Shown here in pieces: positions 46,949 through 55,843 of a stretch of 64,000 bases of DNA (position 1 is its first letter; every line of letters begins with the position of its first letter). The DNA comes from Candidatus Methylomirabilota bacterium (lineage in GTDB: Bacteria > Methylomirabilota > Methylomirabilia > Rokubacteriales > CSP1-6): positions 40 through 64,039 of the forward strand of contig JBKPCB010000070.1 in the NCBI GenBank assembly GCA_046727155.1, in the 5' to 3' direction. The notes below the pieces were generated by a model. It saw only the letters and a program-made list of their open reading frames with translations, made no database searches and was not told the DNA's origin. Both the position numbers and the translations under genes were made by a program.

Positions 46949-48379
46949 CTAGAACCGAAAATAGATGAAGGGGTTGTAAGTGCCGGCGGCCATGAGCATG
47001 GCCGAGCCCCAGAGGATTGCCCCCAGGCCCAGGACTCTCGCGACCTCCACCGCGAGGCCGGGGCCCGCGGCCTCGATCCGCCCCCGCCAGCGGGCGAGGG
47101 CCGGCAGCACGGGCGTCGAGCCCACGATCCCGGCGGCGAGAATCAGGATCAACTCGGCGTTCAGATAGAGCGCCGGGTGATACTCGATCCCCGAGCCCGT
47201 CCCGAGCCCCGCCATGGCGGCGAGGACGCGCACGGCGTCGCCGAGCGTCGCCGACCGGAAAAAGACCCAGCCCACGAGCACGACCAGAAGCGCGTAGCCG
47301 TGCCGGGCCCCGGCCGGCCAGCGCTCGAGCCAGCGGCCGGCGCCCAGGCGTTCGATCACGAGGAAGAGGCCGTGGTAGAGCCCCCAAATGACGAATGTCC
47401 AGGCGGCGCCGTGCCAGAGGCCGCACAGAAAGAAGGTGACCACGAGGTTGAAGTACGTCCGGGCCGGCGTGCCCTGGTTGCCGCCCAGCGGGATATAGAG
47501 GTAGTCGCGGAACCAGGTCGAGAGCGAGATGTGCCAGCGCCGCCAGAACTCCGTCATCGAGCGCGAGATGTACGGGTAGTTGAAGTTCTCGAGGAAGTGG
47601 AAGCCCAGCATGAGCCCGAGCCCGATGGCCATGTCGGAGTAGCCGGAGAAATCGTAGTAGATCTGCAGCGCGTAGCACACCACCCCGAGCCAGGCGAGCC
47701 CTGCCGTCAGCTGGTCGGCCGGGATGGCGAAGATCGCGTCGGCCGGCACGGCGACAGTATTGGCAATGAGCATCTTCTTGCCCAATCCGATCACGAACCG
47801 CTCCACTCCGCGCGCGAAGCCCTCGCGGGTGATTGTGCGCTCGACGATCTGGGCCGCCACGTCGCGATAGCGGACGATCGGCCCCGCGATGAGCTGCGGG
47901 AACAGCGAGACGAAGAGCGCGAGATCCAGCGGGTTCTTCTGCACCGGTCCGTCCCGGCGCTGGACGTCGATCACGTACGAGAAGGCCTGGAAGGTGAAGA
48001 ACGAGATGCCGATCGGAAGCGCGATCGGCGCCAGATGGATGGGCGCGGCGCCGATCCCGCCGAGTAACACGTTGAGGTTGTCGACGATGAAATTGGCGTA
48101 CTTGTAGACGGCGAGAAGCCCGATATTGAGCGCGACACCCAGCGCCATGACCCAGCGCGCCGCCGGGCGGGCGCGCACCCGGTCCACCCAGAGCCCCAAG
48201 GCGAAGTTGACGGCGATCGAGGCGATCATCACCAGGACAAACCGCGGCTCGCCCCAGCCGTAAAAAATCAGGCTCATGATCAGGAGCCAGAGGTTGCGGA
48301 GCCTGACGGGGAGAGCGAAGTTGACGGCGAGGACAATGGGCAGAAACAAAAAGAGAAAGATCGGCGAGCTGAAGACCAT
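46949..48379 (-). CDS. MBOAT family O-acyltransferase (AlgI/PatA-like)
   Basis: MVFSS..FL, LPIGISFFTFQ, FPQLIAGPIVRY, DFSGYSDMAIG, EFWRRWHISL, GLWHGA, FIYFRF. Confidence 0.94.
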   Translation of the reverse strand: MVFSSPIFLFLFLPIVLAVNFALPVRLRNLWLLIMSLIFYGWGEPRFVLVMIASIAVNFALGLWVDRVRARPAARWVMALGVALNIGLLAVYKYANFIVDNLNVLLGGIGAAPIHLAPIALPIGISFFTFQAFSYVIDVQRRDGPVQKNPLDLALFVSLFPQLIAGPIVRYRDVAAQIVERTITREGFARGVERFVIGLGKKMLIANTVAVPADAIFAIPADQLTAGLAWLGVVCYALQIYYDFSGYSDMAIGLGLMLGFHFLENFNYPYISRSMTEFWRRWHISLSTWFRDYLYIPLGGNQGTPARTYFNLVVTFFLCGLWHGAAWTFVIWGLYHGLFLVIERLGAGRWLERWPAGARHGYALLVVLVGWVFFRSATLGDAVRVLAAMAGLGTGSGIEYHPALYLNAELILILAAGIVGSTPVLPALARWRGRIEAAGPGLAVEVARVLGLGAILWGSAMLMAAGTYNPFIYFRF

Positions 48380-48394
48380 GCGCTCGCATCGAGT

Positions 48395-50803
48395 CTAGGG
48401 GGGCGGAGGCTCCGGAGTCAAGGAATCCGGCTCCGCGGCGCGCGGGCGTTCGGCGTCGAGGTCGAAGCGGTCGGTCGCGCGTTGGGCCCAGCGCGTCACC
48501 CACAGCGTGGCGCCGTCGGTCTCGAGGATCACGGCGCCGTCGCGGTCGGTGCGGTAGACGCGAGCGCCGGCCGATTCCAGCCGCGCGAGGGTTTCGGCCG
48601 ACGGGTGGCGGAAGGGATTCCGCGCGCCGACGGAGATGATGGCGAGGTCCGGGCGCGCGGCGTCGAGGAAGGCGGCGCCCGACGAGAAGCGGCTGCCGTG
48701 GTGGGCGACTTTGAGCGCCAGGATCCGCAGCGGACCGCTCCGCTCGACGAGTCGCGCTTCGCCCTGCGGCCCCAGATCGCCCGTGAGCAGGAGCGAGACG
48801 CCGCGCCAGTCGAGCCTCAGCACGAGCGAATCGTCGTTGGCGCTGGCCGGCCCGCCGTCGGCCGCGGGATTGAGCACGGTGAGTACCGCGCCGCCCAGCC
48901 ACAGGCGCTGGCCCGCGGCCAGGACGCGGCGCGCCGGCCGCGCGCTCCCCAGCGCCCGCTCGAGCTCTGCCGGGCCGGGCCCCGATCGCCCCGTCTCCCA
49001 GAACTCGCCGACGGCGAAGTGGCGGAGCACCGCGGTGAGGCCGCCCGCATGATCGCTGTCCTGATGAGTGAGGGCGACCACGTCGAGCCGCGCCGCCCCG
49101 CGGTTCCAGAGAAACGGCGCGAGGACGCGCTCGCCCACGTCGAATCGCTGCGCACCGCCCGGCCCGCCGTCCACGAGCAGCCGCGGGCCTTCGGGCAGCT
49201 CGATGAGCACGGCATCGCCCTGGCCGACGTCGAGGAAATAAACGCGCAGGCTCCGGTCGCCCGGCCTCAGCCACGGCCAGGCCGACGATGCCGTTACGAG
49301 CAGGCAGAGCGCGAGCGCCGCGCGCCGCGCCCACGGTCGGCCGCCGTAGGGAATGAGCACCAACGCTCCATACCATGCGCTGACGGCGGGCCAGCCGGGC
49401 GCCGGGAGGTGGATCATTGCGGCCGGCACGGCGGCGGCCACCCACACCGAGGCGCGCAGCGCGAGCAGCAGGATCCAGAGCGCATTGAAGAGCAGCGCCG
49501 CCGCCGCGCCGCTGGCGAGTTCGACGAGCAGCGCCATCATGCCCAGGGTCGTGGCCGCCCCGGCGAGGGGAACGACGAGGAGATTGGCCGCGATTCCCAC
49601 CAGCGAGAGCTGGTTGAAGTGCGCCAGCATGATGGGCGTGACGGCCGCCTGCGCGCCGGCGCTCACCGCGACCGCCACCGCCAGCCAATGCGGCCAGCCG
49701 CGCTCCTTCAGCCAGGCGGAGAGCGGCGGCGCCAGATAGACGATGCCGGCGGTGGCCGCGTACGAGAGCTGAAAGCCGGGCTCCCAGAGATCGCCGGGAC
49801 GCCAGGCCAGGAGGATGAGTGCCGCCAGGGCGAGCGCGTTCAGCACTTGAGACTCCCGCTCGATGAGCACGCTCACGAGCAGCAGGAGCCCCATCACCGT
49901 CGCCCGCAGGACCGAGGGCTGTGCGCCGACGACGAAGGCGAAGCCAACCAGCACGAGCCCGGCCGCGATCGCCGTCCCGCGGCGCGGCATGCCCAACAGC
50001 GAGAGAGAAAAAAACACCGAGGAGGCGAGCAGGGCCACGTTGAACCCCGATACCGCCAGCACGTGATAGACGCCCGCGCGCCGGAACGCCTCGTCGGTCT
50101 CGCGGGGCAGCGCGCTCCGCTCCCCGAGCAGCAGCCCGGCCAGCAGCGCCGCGGAGGACTCAGGCAGCCGGGCGCGGATCGTGGCCACCGCCCAGCGCCG
50201 CACGGTGACCGGCCACGGCGGGGCCTCGGGCGTCAGGGCGGTGAGCGCGTCAGCCCGGGCGCTTCCGACGAGGAGGATGCCCTCCCGCCGCAGATGCGCC
50301 GGGTAGTCGAAGCCGCCCGGGTTCTTGAAGCCGACAGGCGGATGCAAACGCGCCTGGGCGCTGAGCCGTTGGCCTTCTGCGAGCGCCGGCGCCTCGCCGT
50401 AGACGGTGAGCAGCACCCGGCCGCTGGCCGGCTGTCGATCGCCGGCCTCCTGGACGGCTTGGACGTCGAGGACGAGGCGTGTCCGGTCAGGGCTCCAGCT
50501 CACCGGATCTTCGGCGAGCCGTCCCTCCAGCACGACGGCGGGCGGCAGTGCCCGGCGGGCGACGTGGTCGGCCGGCACCGACGGGCTCGCGGCGGTGAGC
50601 GCGCCCAGGGCGGCGGCGCCGGTGAGCAGGGCGCCGGCCGCGAGCCGATCGCGGCCGAAGAAGAGCGCCGCGCCGGCGGAGAGCAGGACGAGCGCCGAGA
50701 ATAGGAGCAGGGGCAGCGCGGCGGGCCCGAGCCATGCCGCCAGAACGATTCCCGCTGCGAACGCCGCCGCCGGGGGGAGCAGCGGCGCGGCCTCGAGCGA
50801 CAT
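48395..50803 (-). CDS. comEC: DNA internalization competence protein ComEC/Rec2
   Basis: OB-fold region, HVLAVSG.NV, FQLSY.A, DVGQGDA, THQDSDH, KVAHHGS, YRTDRDG. Confidence 0.95.
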   Translation of the reverse strand: MSLEAAPLLPPAAAFAAGIVLAAWLGPAALPLLLFSALVLLSAGAALFFGRDRLAAGALLTGAAALGALTAASPSVPADHVARRALPPAVVLEGRLAEDPVSWSPDRTRLVLDVQAVQEAGDRQPASGRVLLTVYGEAPALAEGQRLSAQARLHPPVGFKNPGGFDYPAHLRREGILLVGSARADALTALTPEAPPWPVTVRRWAVATIRARLPESSAALLAGLLLGERSALPRETDEAFRRAGVYHVLAVSGFNVALLASSVFFSLSLLGMPRRGTAIAAGLVLVGFAFVVGAQPSVLRATVMGLLLLVSVLIERESQVLNALALAALILLAWRPGDLWEPGFQLSYAATAGIVYLAPPLSAWLKERGWPHWLAVAVAVSAGAQAAVTPIMLAHFNQLSLVGIAANLLVVPLAGAATTLGMMALLVELASGAAAALLFNALWILLLALRASVWVAAAVPAAMIHLPAPGWPAVSAWYGALVLIPYGGRPWARRAALALCLLVTASSAWPWLRPGDRSLRVYFLDVGQGDAVLIELPEGPRLLVDGGPGGAQRFDVGERVLAPFLWNRGAARLDVVALTHQDSDHAGGLTAVLRHFAVGEFWETGRSGPGPAELERALGSARPARRVLAAGQRLWLGGAVLTVLNPAADGGPASANDDSLVLRLDWRGVSLLLTGDLGPQGEARLVERSGPLRILALKVAHHGSRFSSGAAFLDAARPDLAIISVGARNPFRHPSAETLARLESAGARVYRTDRDGAVILETDGATLWVTRWAQRATDRFDLDAERPRAAEPDSLTPEPPPP

Positions 50804-50804
50804 G

Positions 50805-51254
50805 TCAATCGCCGATCGTGATCAAATGGCGGATCGCGCCGAGCTTTTTGGGGCCGAGTCCCAGGATGCCGCGCAGCGCTTCGGGCGAGTCGAAGCGCCC
50901 GCGCCGCTCCCGCTCCTCCACGATCCGCCGCGCGAGCGCCGGGCCTACGCCGGGCAGACGTGCCAGCTCCTCAGCGCTCGCGCGGTTCAGATCCACGGGC
51001 TTCGCGTCCGCGGGCGCGGCGGCGGGAACTGATGCGGGCGGGGCAGCCGGCTTGGGCTTGGGCGCGCTCGGCGCCAAGGGCGGCGGCGATTGGAGCAGTG
51101 GCGTTTCCTCACGATCGAAGCGCTCGAGTCGCTCGGCGGCGTCGGGGAAGCCCTGGCGCCACTCGCCCACGGCCAGGCCCGCGAGCAGAGTGGCCGCCAG
51201 CGCGAGGAGCAGGCGGAGCTGCGGGCGCGAGTAGAGCATGGCCCACCGTGCCAC
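50805..51254 (-). CDS. comEA: ComEA-like helix-hairpin-helix DNA-binding protein (start 51254 or 51239)
   Basis: N-terminal TM helix, Pro/Ala linker, VDLNRAS.EEL..LPGVGP.LA.RI...GLG.KK. Confidence 0.88.
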   Translation of the reverse strand: MARWAMLYSRPQLRLLLALAATLLAGLAVGEWRQGFPDAAERLERFDREETPLLQSPPPLAPSAPKPKPAAPPASVPAAAPADAKPVDLNRASAEELARLPGVGPALARRIVEERERRGRFDSPEALRGILGLGPKKLGAIRHLITIGD

Positions 51255-51440
51255 GCGTCTTGGACCGCGCCTAGAGTGTCAGTTCGGATACCTCGAGGTG
51301 TATCTGTTCAGAATCGCTAGCGAGACGTCGGGCAATACGCCTCGGTTGCGTGCGCGGGAGTCGCCGATGGTAGCGCCCTCTAAGCGGTACACAGCTGGGC
51401 GGTGGTACAGTGAGTCGAAAGAGCGCGAAGGGAGACCGCG

Positions 51441-51911
51441 ATGCGAAAACACATCCTCCATTCCCAGCCATCCCAGCAGGGAGGGGAGATCCCGGTTGCC
51501 TCCATTGCAACCGTCTTTGTCACGTCCGAAGCCGTGGGCCACCCCGTCGATCAGGCATTCGACCCCCATCGGGGTCCGGGAGGGACTCGGTGGATTGCTG
51601 AGCAAGCTGGTGAACAAACGATCATTCTCGCATTCGACACTCCGCAGACGATTCGCCAAGTCAATCTCGAATTCGAGGAGACTGAGATCAGCCGGACCCA
51701 AGAGCTACAGCTAGCGATGTCGAATGATGGCGGCGAACACTATCGGGAGCTCCGCCGTCAGGAGTTCAACTTCAGCCCTGATGGCGCCACCTTTGAGCGA
51801 GAAGAATGGACGATATCCGAGGCGAGCGTCACTCACTTGAGAATCAAGATCAAGCCGGACAAGGGCGGCAAGCCCTATCGAGCCACCCTTACCTCATTCG
51901 TCTTGCGATAG
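51441..51911 (+). CDS. Hypothetical protein with a discoidin/galactose-binding-like beta-sandwich
   Basis: VTSE...PVD.AFD, W.A...GEQTI.L.FD.PQ.I, RQEFNFSP.GAT; GGGAG RBS. Confidence 0.6.
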   Translation: MRKHILHSQPSQQGGEIPVASIATVFVTSEAVGHPVDQAFDPHRGPGGTRWIAEQAGEQTIILAFDTPQTIRQVNLEFEETEISRTQELQLAMSNDGGEHYRELRRQEFNFSPDGATFEREEWTISEASVTHLRIKIKPDKGGKPYRATLTSFVLR

Positions 51912-51971
51912 CCATCTGGTCGGCGACGCAGACCACGTCCTCCCGACGCCTCCCTGGGCTAGAATAAGCGT

Positions 51972-52217
51972 ATGGTAGATAGTTTTGGCGAGCTGGAGGC
52001 GTCGAGCCTCTTCTGCCCCAGCTGCAAGCAGGCGATGCCGGTTCGGAAGAAGATCCTGCTCGTCCTGCCGAGCGGCAACAAATACGATTACACATGCAGT
52101 GTCTGCGGGACACAGGTGGGCGGAAAGACCGACTCGGACGGTAGCGACTTTTACCGTGTGGCGTCAGCTTCCCGAACGCCTCCGCTGCCTCGTCCGGGCC
52201 GCCCGGCCTCGCGGTAG
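51972..52217 (+). CDS. Small zinc-ribbon protein
   Basis: CPSC...CSVC pair in EASSLFCPSCKQAMPVRKKILLVLP.GNKYDYTC. Confidence 0.7.
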   Translation: MVDSFGELEASSLFCPSCKQAMPVRKKILLVLPSGNKYDYTCSVCGTQVGGKTDSDGSDFYRVASASRTPPLPRPGRPASR

Positions 52218-52239
52218 CCGCTCCAGTCGCCCGCGCGAA

Positions 52240-52731
52240 TTAGCTGCGCTTATACTTCGCCAGGTCGAGCAGCACGAGCGACCAGCCGATGGTCCGCAGC
52301 TGTTCGTCGATGGTGGAGCGGGAGCGCCGGTCGCGGCGCCGGCGGTCAAGCGCTGGCGCCCCCTTGCGCTGACGCCGCTCGCCCAGACGCCGGTCGAGGG
52401 TCACCTGCACGGTCTCGTGCCCCGCGAAGGCGCGCTTGACCTGCTCGTAGAGCTCCCGCCGATGCCGCGCGACTATGAGGAGATGCTTTGCAATCGCCAT
52501 GTCCTCTGCCGCGCGACGGCGGGGCATCCGCCGGGCGCCGCCGCCCGCGCGACGCGCCCGTGACCCCGACACGAGCTCGAAAAAGCGCGCCAGCGGGCTC
52601 CAGGTGCTGCTGCCGCAGGCAGGACAGGCCGCGTAGCCGAGCTCGAAGCACTCGTCGCAGTCGAGGCAGAGCGCCAGCTTCTGGAGCGGTAGGTGAATGC
52701 CGGCAGCCAGCAACCGGGAGCGATGGAGCAT
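52240..52731 (-). CDS. Hypothetical protein: N-terminal CxxC/CxxC zinc knuckle plus Arg-rich DRR/ERR domain (start 52731 or 52749)
   Basis: CLDCDECF...CPACGS, then LLIVAR...VTLDRRLGERRQ...DRRRRDRR; GGAGG upstream. Confidence 0.65.
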   Translation of the reverse strand: MLHRSRLLAAGIHLPLQKLALCLDCDECFELGYAACPACGSSTWSPLARFFELVSGSRARRAGGGARRMPRRRAAEDMAIAKHLLIVARHRRELYEQVKRAFAGHETVQVTLDRRLGERRQRKGAPALDRRRRDRRSRSTIDEQLRTIGWSLVLLDLAKYKRS

Positions 52732-52970
52732 GTGAGCGCGCACCTCCATGCGCTCTGCCAAGCAAAAGGCGCTCCACTCCGCCGGCCCCAAAAATTAGAT
52801 ACTTAGACTCTGGCTCGAGTCTGCCAGAGAACGGGAAAACGTCAGGCGGCGTCCAAAACGACGTGGGACGGGTTGCGTTAACCGGCGGACAATGGCAGGC
52901 CAGATCATCCAGCCCAAGACGAGCACGACCCGAAAGACCGATTCCCTTGCTAGACTGCCGATCACGCCCG

Positions 52971-53777
52971 ATGTTGAGGCTGTCAGATCCGCGAAGCCTG
53001 ATTCTCTCCGTGGCCGCTGCCGCCCTGGTGCTGGCCGGCGTACCCGATTCATCGGCCCAGAGCCAGCGGCCGCCTGCCCCTCAGCCCTCCGCGAGGCAGA
53101 GCGAGCCGGCTCCGCCCCGCCCCGCCACTCGGCTCGAGCGCCTGGCCGCCAATGCGGCAGAGGCCATGGCGAAGTACCGCGCCACGCTCGAGCCCGTGCT
53201 GGCTATCTACGAGCGGGAGCTGACCCGGCAGACCGAGCTGGCCGAGCTCCGCCAGGATCTCTACGAACGCGGCGCGCTGTCGGCGCACGATCTCGAGCAG
53301 GGCCGCCGCGCGTTGGCCGCCGCCCAGAAAAATGTCGATGACACCCGGCGGGCCATGGCGGAAGCCGATCGAATGCTGACCGAGGCGCGGGTTGCCGGGA
53401 CGGTGGCCAGGCTCAGGCCGCTCGAACGGGGCGGGTACGAGGAAACGGCGGGTCTCGTCCGCTATAACGGCGCGGCAAACTGGATATTGACGAACGACAC
53501 GCCCAAGGTGCAGCGCTTCTTCGCGGCGTTGTTCGGCCGTACGCTACCGATCAGCGCCTTCGGCCAGACGGCGCTCCACAGCCGGATGGGATTCGATCAT
53601 CACAACGCGCTTGATGTGGCGGTGCATCCTGACAGCCCGGAAGGTCGGGCCTTGATGGACTACCTGCGCAAGAATGAGATCCCGTTCATCGCCGCATGGG
53701 GAGCGATCCCGGGCTCGAGCTCCGGCGCCCATATCCACGTGGGCCAGCCTTCTCCCCGGCTGGTCGGGCGGAAGTGA
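52971..53777 (+). CDS. Secreted coiled-coil protein with a C-terminal putative LAS-type Zn-peptidase motif
   Basis: Signal-peptide-like N-terminus, long amphipathic helices, GFDHHNALDVAVHP and GAHIHVG. Confidence 0.65.
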   Translation: MLRLSDPRSLILSVAAAALVLAGVPDSSAQSQRPPAPQPSARQSEPAPPRPATRLERLAANAAEAMAKYRATLEPVLAIYERELTRQTELAELRQDLYERGALSAHDLEQGRRALAAAQKNVDDTRRAMAEADRMLTEARVAGTVARLRPLERGGYEETAGLVRYNGAANWILTNDTPKVQRFFAALFGRTLPISAFGQTALHSRMGFDHHNALDVAVHPDSPEGRALMDYLRKNEIPFIAAWGAIPGSSSGAHIHVGQPSPRLVGRK

Positions 53778-53788
53778 GCTGGCTCACC

Positions 53789-54679
53789 TCATGCGCCCGC
53801 GTACGCGAGCGCGAGGTGAGCCTCGATGGGGAACGCCAGCTCCTTCGCCGTGACGTATGGTGCGATCCGGGCCGATAGGTCGCGCACCAGCTCCGCCTGG
53901 GCCGTGGCGCTCAACTTCGCCAGGATTCCCGCCAGGGGCGAGCCCGTGCCGTAACGCCGGACGAATTCCTCGCACGAGGGGAAATGCAGCGTTCTCACGC
54001 CGTCGTATGTGATCGTGTTCTCGAAGCCGGCGTTGACAATGAGCGATCGAAGCTTGCCCACGTCTCCTAGGCTGAATGGCCCGTGCACGAGCGCGGCGGC
54101 CTTGGGCCCCACATGCTCCGCGAGCGTTTCGGCGAGGGCCACGAATCCCGGGCTGTAGTGAATCGGTTTCCAACAACTGACGGCGAGCCGCCCACCTGGC
54201 ACAAGTACCCGATGCGCCTCGCGCATGGCCGCGGGACGGTCGGCGAAGAACTGAAGACCTTGCTGGCAGAGCACGACGTCGAAGGTCCGATTGCCCAGTG
54301 GGAGAGTGGCGGCGTCCCCTCCTCTCAAATCGACTCTGGCGCTCCCGAAGGCCTTGCGCGCAACCACGAGCATGTCCGGATTGCTGTCGACGCCGACAAC
54401 CGTCCCCAGAGCGCCGACCTGCTCGGCGACAATCCGCGCGACGATCCCGGTGCCGCAGGCCACATCGAGGACGCGTTCCCCGAGCTTCGGCGCGGCAAGG
54501 TCAAGCAGGTCGTGCGCCCACGGCTCGAAGATGGCGGGGACGAGATAGCGCTCGTAGTTCTCCGCGACGTTGCTGGCATCCTGCCAAAGCATCCGCTCGC
54601 CCGCCGGCGCCCCGGCCCGTCGGTGCCCTGCGGCGGCCGTGCCCTTTTGCCCGTCGAGGGTGCCGTCGTGGTCGCTCAT
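53789..54679 (-). CDS. Class I SAM-dependent methyltransferase (UbiE-like; start 54679 or 54592)
   Basis: YERYLVP.IF, VLDVACGTG, GVD.N..ML, FDVVLCQQGLQFF, LVPGGRL. Confidence 0.88.
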   Translation of the reverse strand: MSDHDGTLDGQKGTAAAGHRRAGAPAGERMLWQDASNVAENYERYLVPAIFEPWAHDLLDLAAPKLGERVLDVACGTGIVARIVAEQVGALGTVVGVDSNPDMLVVARKAFGSARVDLRGGDAATLPLGNRTFDVVLCQQGLQFFADRPAAMREAHRVLVPGGRLAVSCWKPIHYSPGFVALAETLAEHVGPKAAALVHGPFSLGDVGKLRSLIVNAGFENTITYDGVRTLHFPSCEEFVRRYGTGSPLAGILAKLSATAQAELVRDLSARIAPYVTAKELAFPIEAHLALAYAGA

Positions 54680-54711
54680 CGGGATGACGCTCCCTGTCCC
54701 TGTTCTCAAAG

Positions 54712-55827
54712 TTACGGAGTGAGGGCCGCGCGGGTGATCGTAGTGGTTTCCTTGTTGTGCCACTCCGAGGCCGCGAAGGCCTCGTTGATCTTCTCGAGTG
54801 GGTACTTGTGCGACAGGATCCGGTGCCAAGGCCAGCGATCCTTGGTGCGCACCAGAAAATCCAGCGCCCGGGGGATGACCCACGGGTCGTATTGAATGAC
54901 GCCGACGATCCTTTTCGAGCCCCAGACGAGCAGGGAGGGCTCCAGCTCGACCTTTGCCCCGCGGCTGATCGTGCCGATCTCGAGGTAGGTACCGCCCGAG
55001 CGTAGCATCGCGATGCCTTCCGGAATCACCGCGGGGAAGCCCACGAAGTCGCAAGCCACGTCGGCTCCTACGCCACCGGTCCACTCGCGGACCAGCTTGA
55101 GGCGCTCGCGGACGTCGGGCACCTCTTTGAGATTGAGCGTGTGATCGGCCCCGAAGGCGCGCGCCAGCTCCAGGCGCCCCGGGATCTGATCCACGACGAT
55201 CACCGTGGCCGCGCCCAGGTCCTTGGCCACGGCGGCCGCCTGGATGCCGAGGCCGCCGGCGCCCTGGATCACAAGGCTGTCGCCGAAGCGCAGCCCCGCG
55301 ACGTGCAGGCCGTAAATTACCTGGGAGAGCGCGCAGTTGACGCCAGCCACGCTCTCGTCCGCGAGCGTATCGGGCACCTTGAAGATGGCGCCGCCCGGGC
55401 GGAGATAGTAGTGGTCGGCGAAAGCGCCGTGCAGGTGTGGGAAGGCGCTCGGGCCCAGCGGCCGCTCGATCTTGTTCGGGCAGGCGGCGGGCTCCTTGTT
55501 GAGACAAGCGTAGCAGCGCCCGCAGGGGTAGAAGTACGTGTACGCGACGCGATCGCCCTCCTTCAGGGGGCGGCCGAGGGAGTCCGTCTTGATCTTGGAG
55601 CCGAGCCGGGCGACCAGGCCCGTCATCTCGTGGCCGTAGATCCAGCCGTCGTCCGGATACTTGAGCGGCGCGTCACCGCGCCAGAAGTGCAGGTCCGATC
55701 CGCAGATGTTGGCGACCGTAACGCGAATGAGGACACCTTCGGGCTCGACCTCCGGGATCGGCACCTCCTTGATCTCGAACGGCTTGCCCGGGCCGAAGAA
55801 GAGCGCGGCTTTGGCGGTGGCTGGCAT
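54712..55827 (-). CDS. Zinc-binding (MDR) alcohol dehydrogenase family protein
   Basis: NICGSDLH, GHE, CGRCYAC..C, QGAGGLG, DFVG.P. Confidence 0.92.
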   Translation of the reverse strand: MPATAKAALFFGPGKPFEIKEVPIPEVEPEGVLIRVTVANICGSDLHFWRGDAPLKYPDDGWIYGHEMTGLVARLGSKIKTDSLGRPLKEGDRVAYTYFYPCGRCYACLNKEPAACPNKIERPLGPSAFPHLHGAFADHYYLRPGGAIFKVPDTLADESVAGVNCALSQVIYGLHVAGLRFGDSLVIQGAGGLGIQAAAVAKDLGAATVIVVDQIPGRLELARAFGADHTLNLKEVPDVRERLKLVREWTGGVGADVACDFVGFPAVIPEGIAMLRSGGTYLEIGTISRGAKVELEPSLLVWGSKRIVGVIQYDPWVIPRALDFLVRTKDRWPWHRILSHKYPLEKINEAFAASEWHNKETTTITRAALTP

Positions 55828-55843
55828 GCGGGCCCCTTTGCGG

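Noticed and set aside
45705-49688. 1327-aa minus-strand ORF
   Set aside because: It is an Arg/Ala/Gly/Pro-rich alternative frame overlapping comEC, MBOAT and AlgJ-like genes, typical of high-GC DNA with few stops.
51279-51701. 140-aa minus-strand ORF in the low-GC islet
   Set aside because: It overlaps the better supported plus-strand gene 51441-51911 and has no motif.
52790-52900. c-di-GMP-I riboswitch (GTCTAAG on the minus strand)
   Set aside because: The required GGCAAA...GAAA...GACGCAAAGC architecture is missing; only one short word matches.
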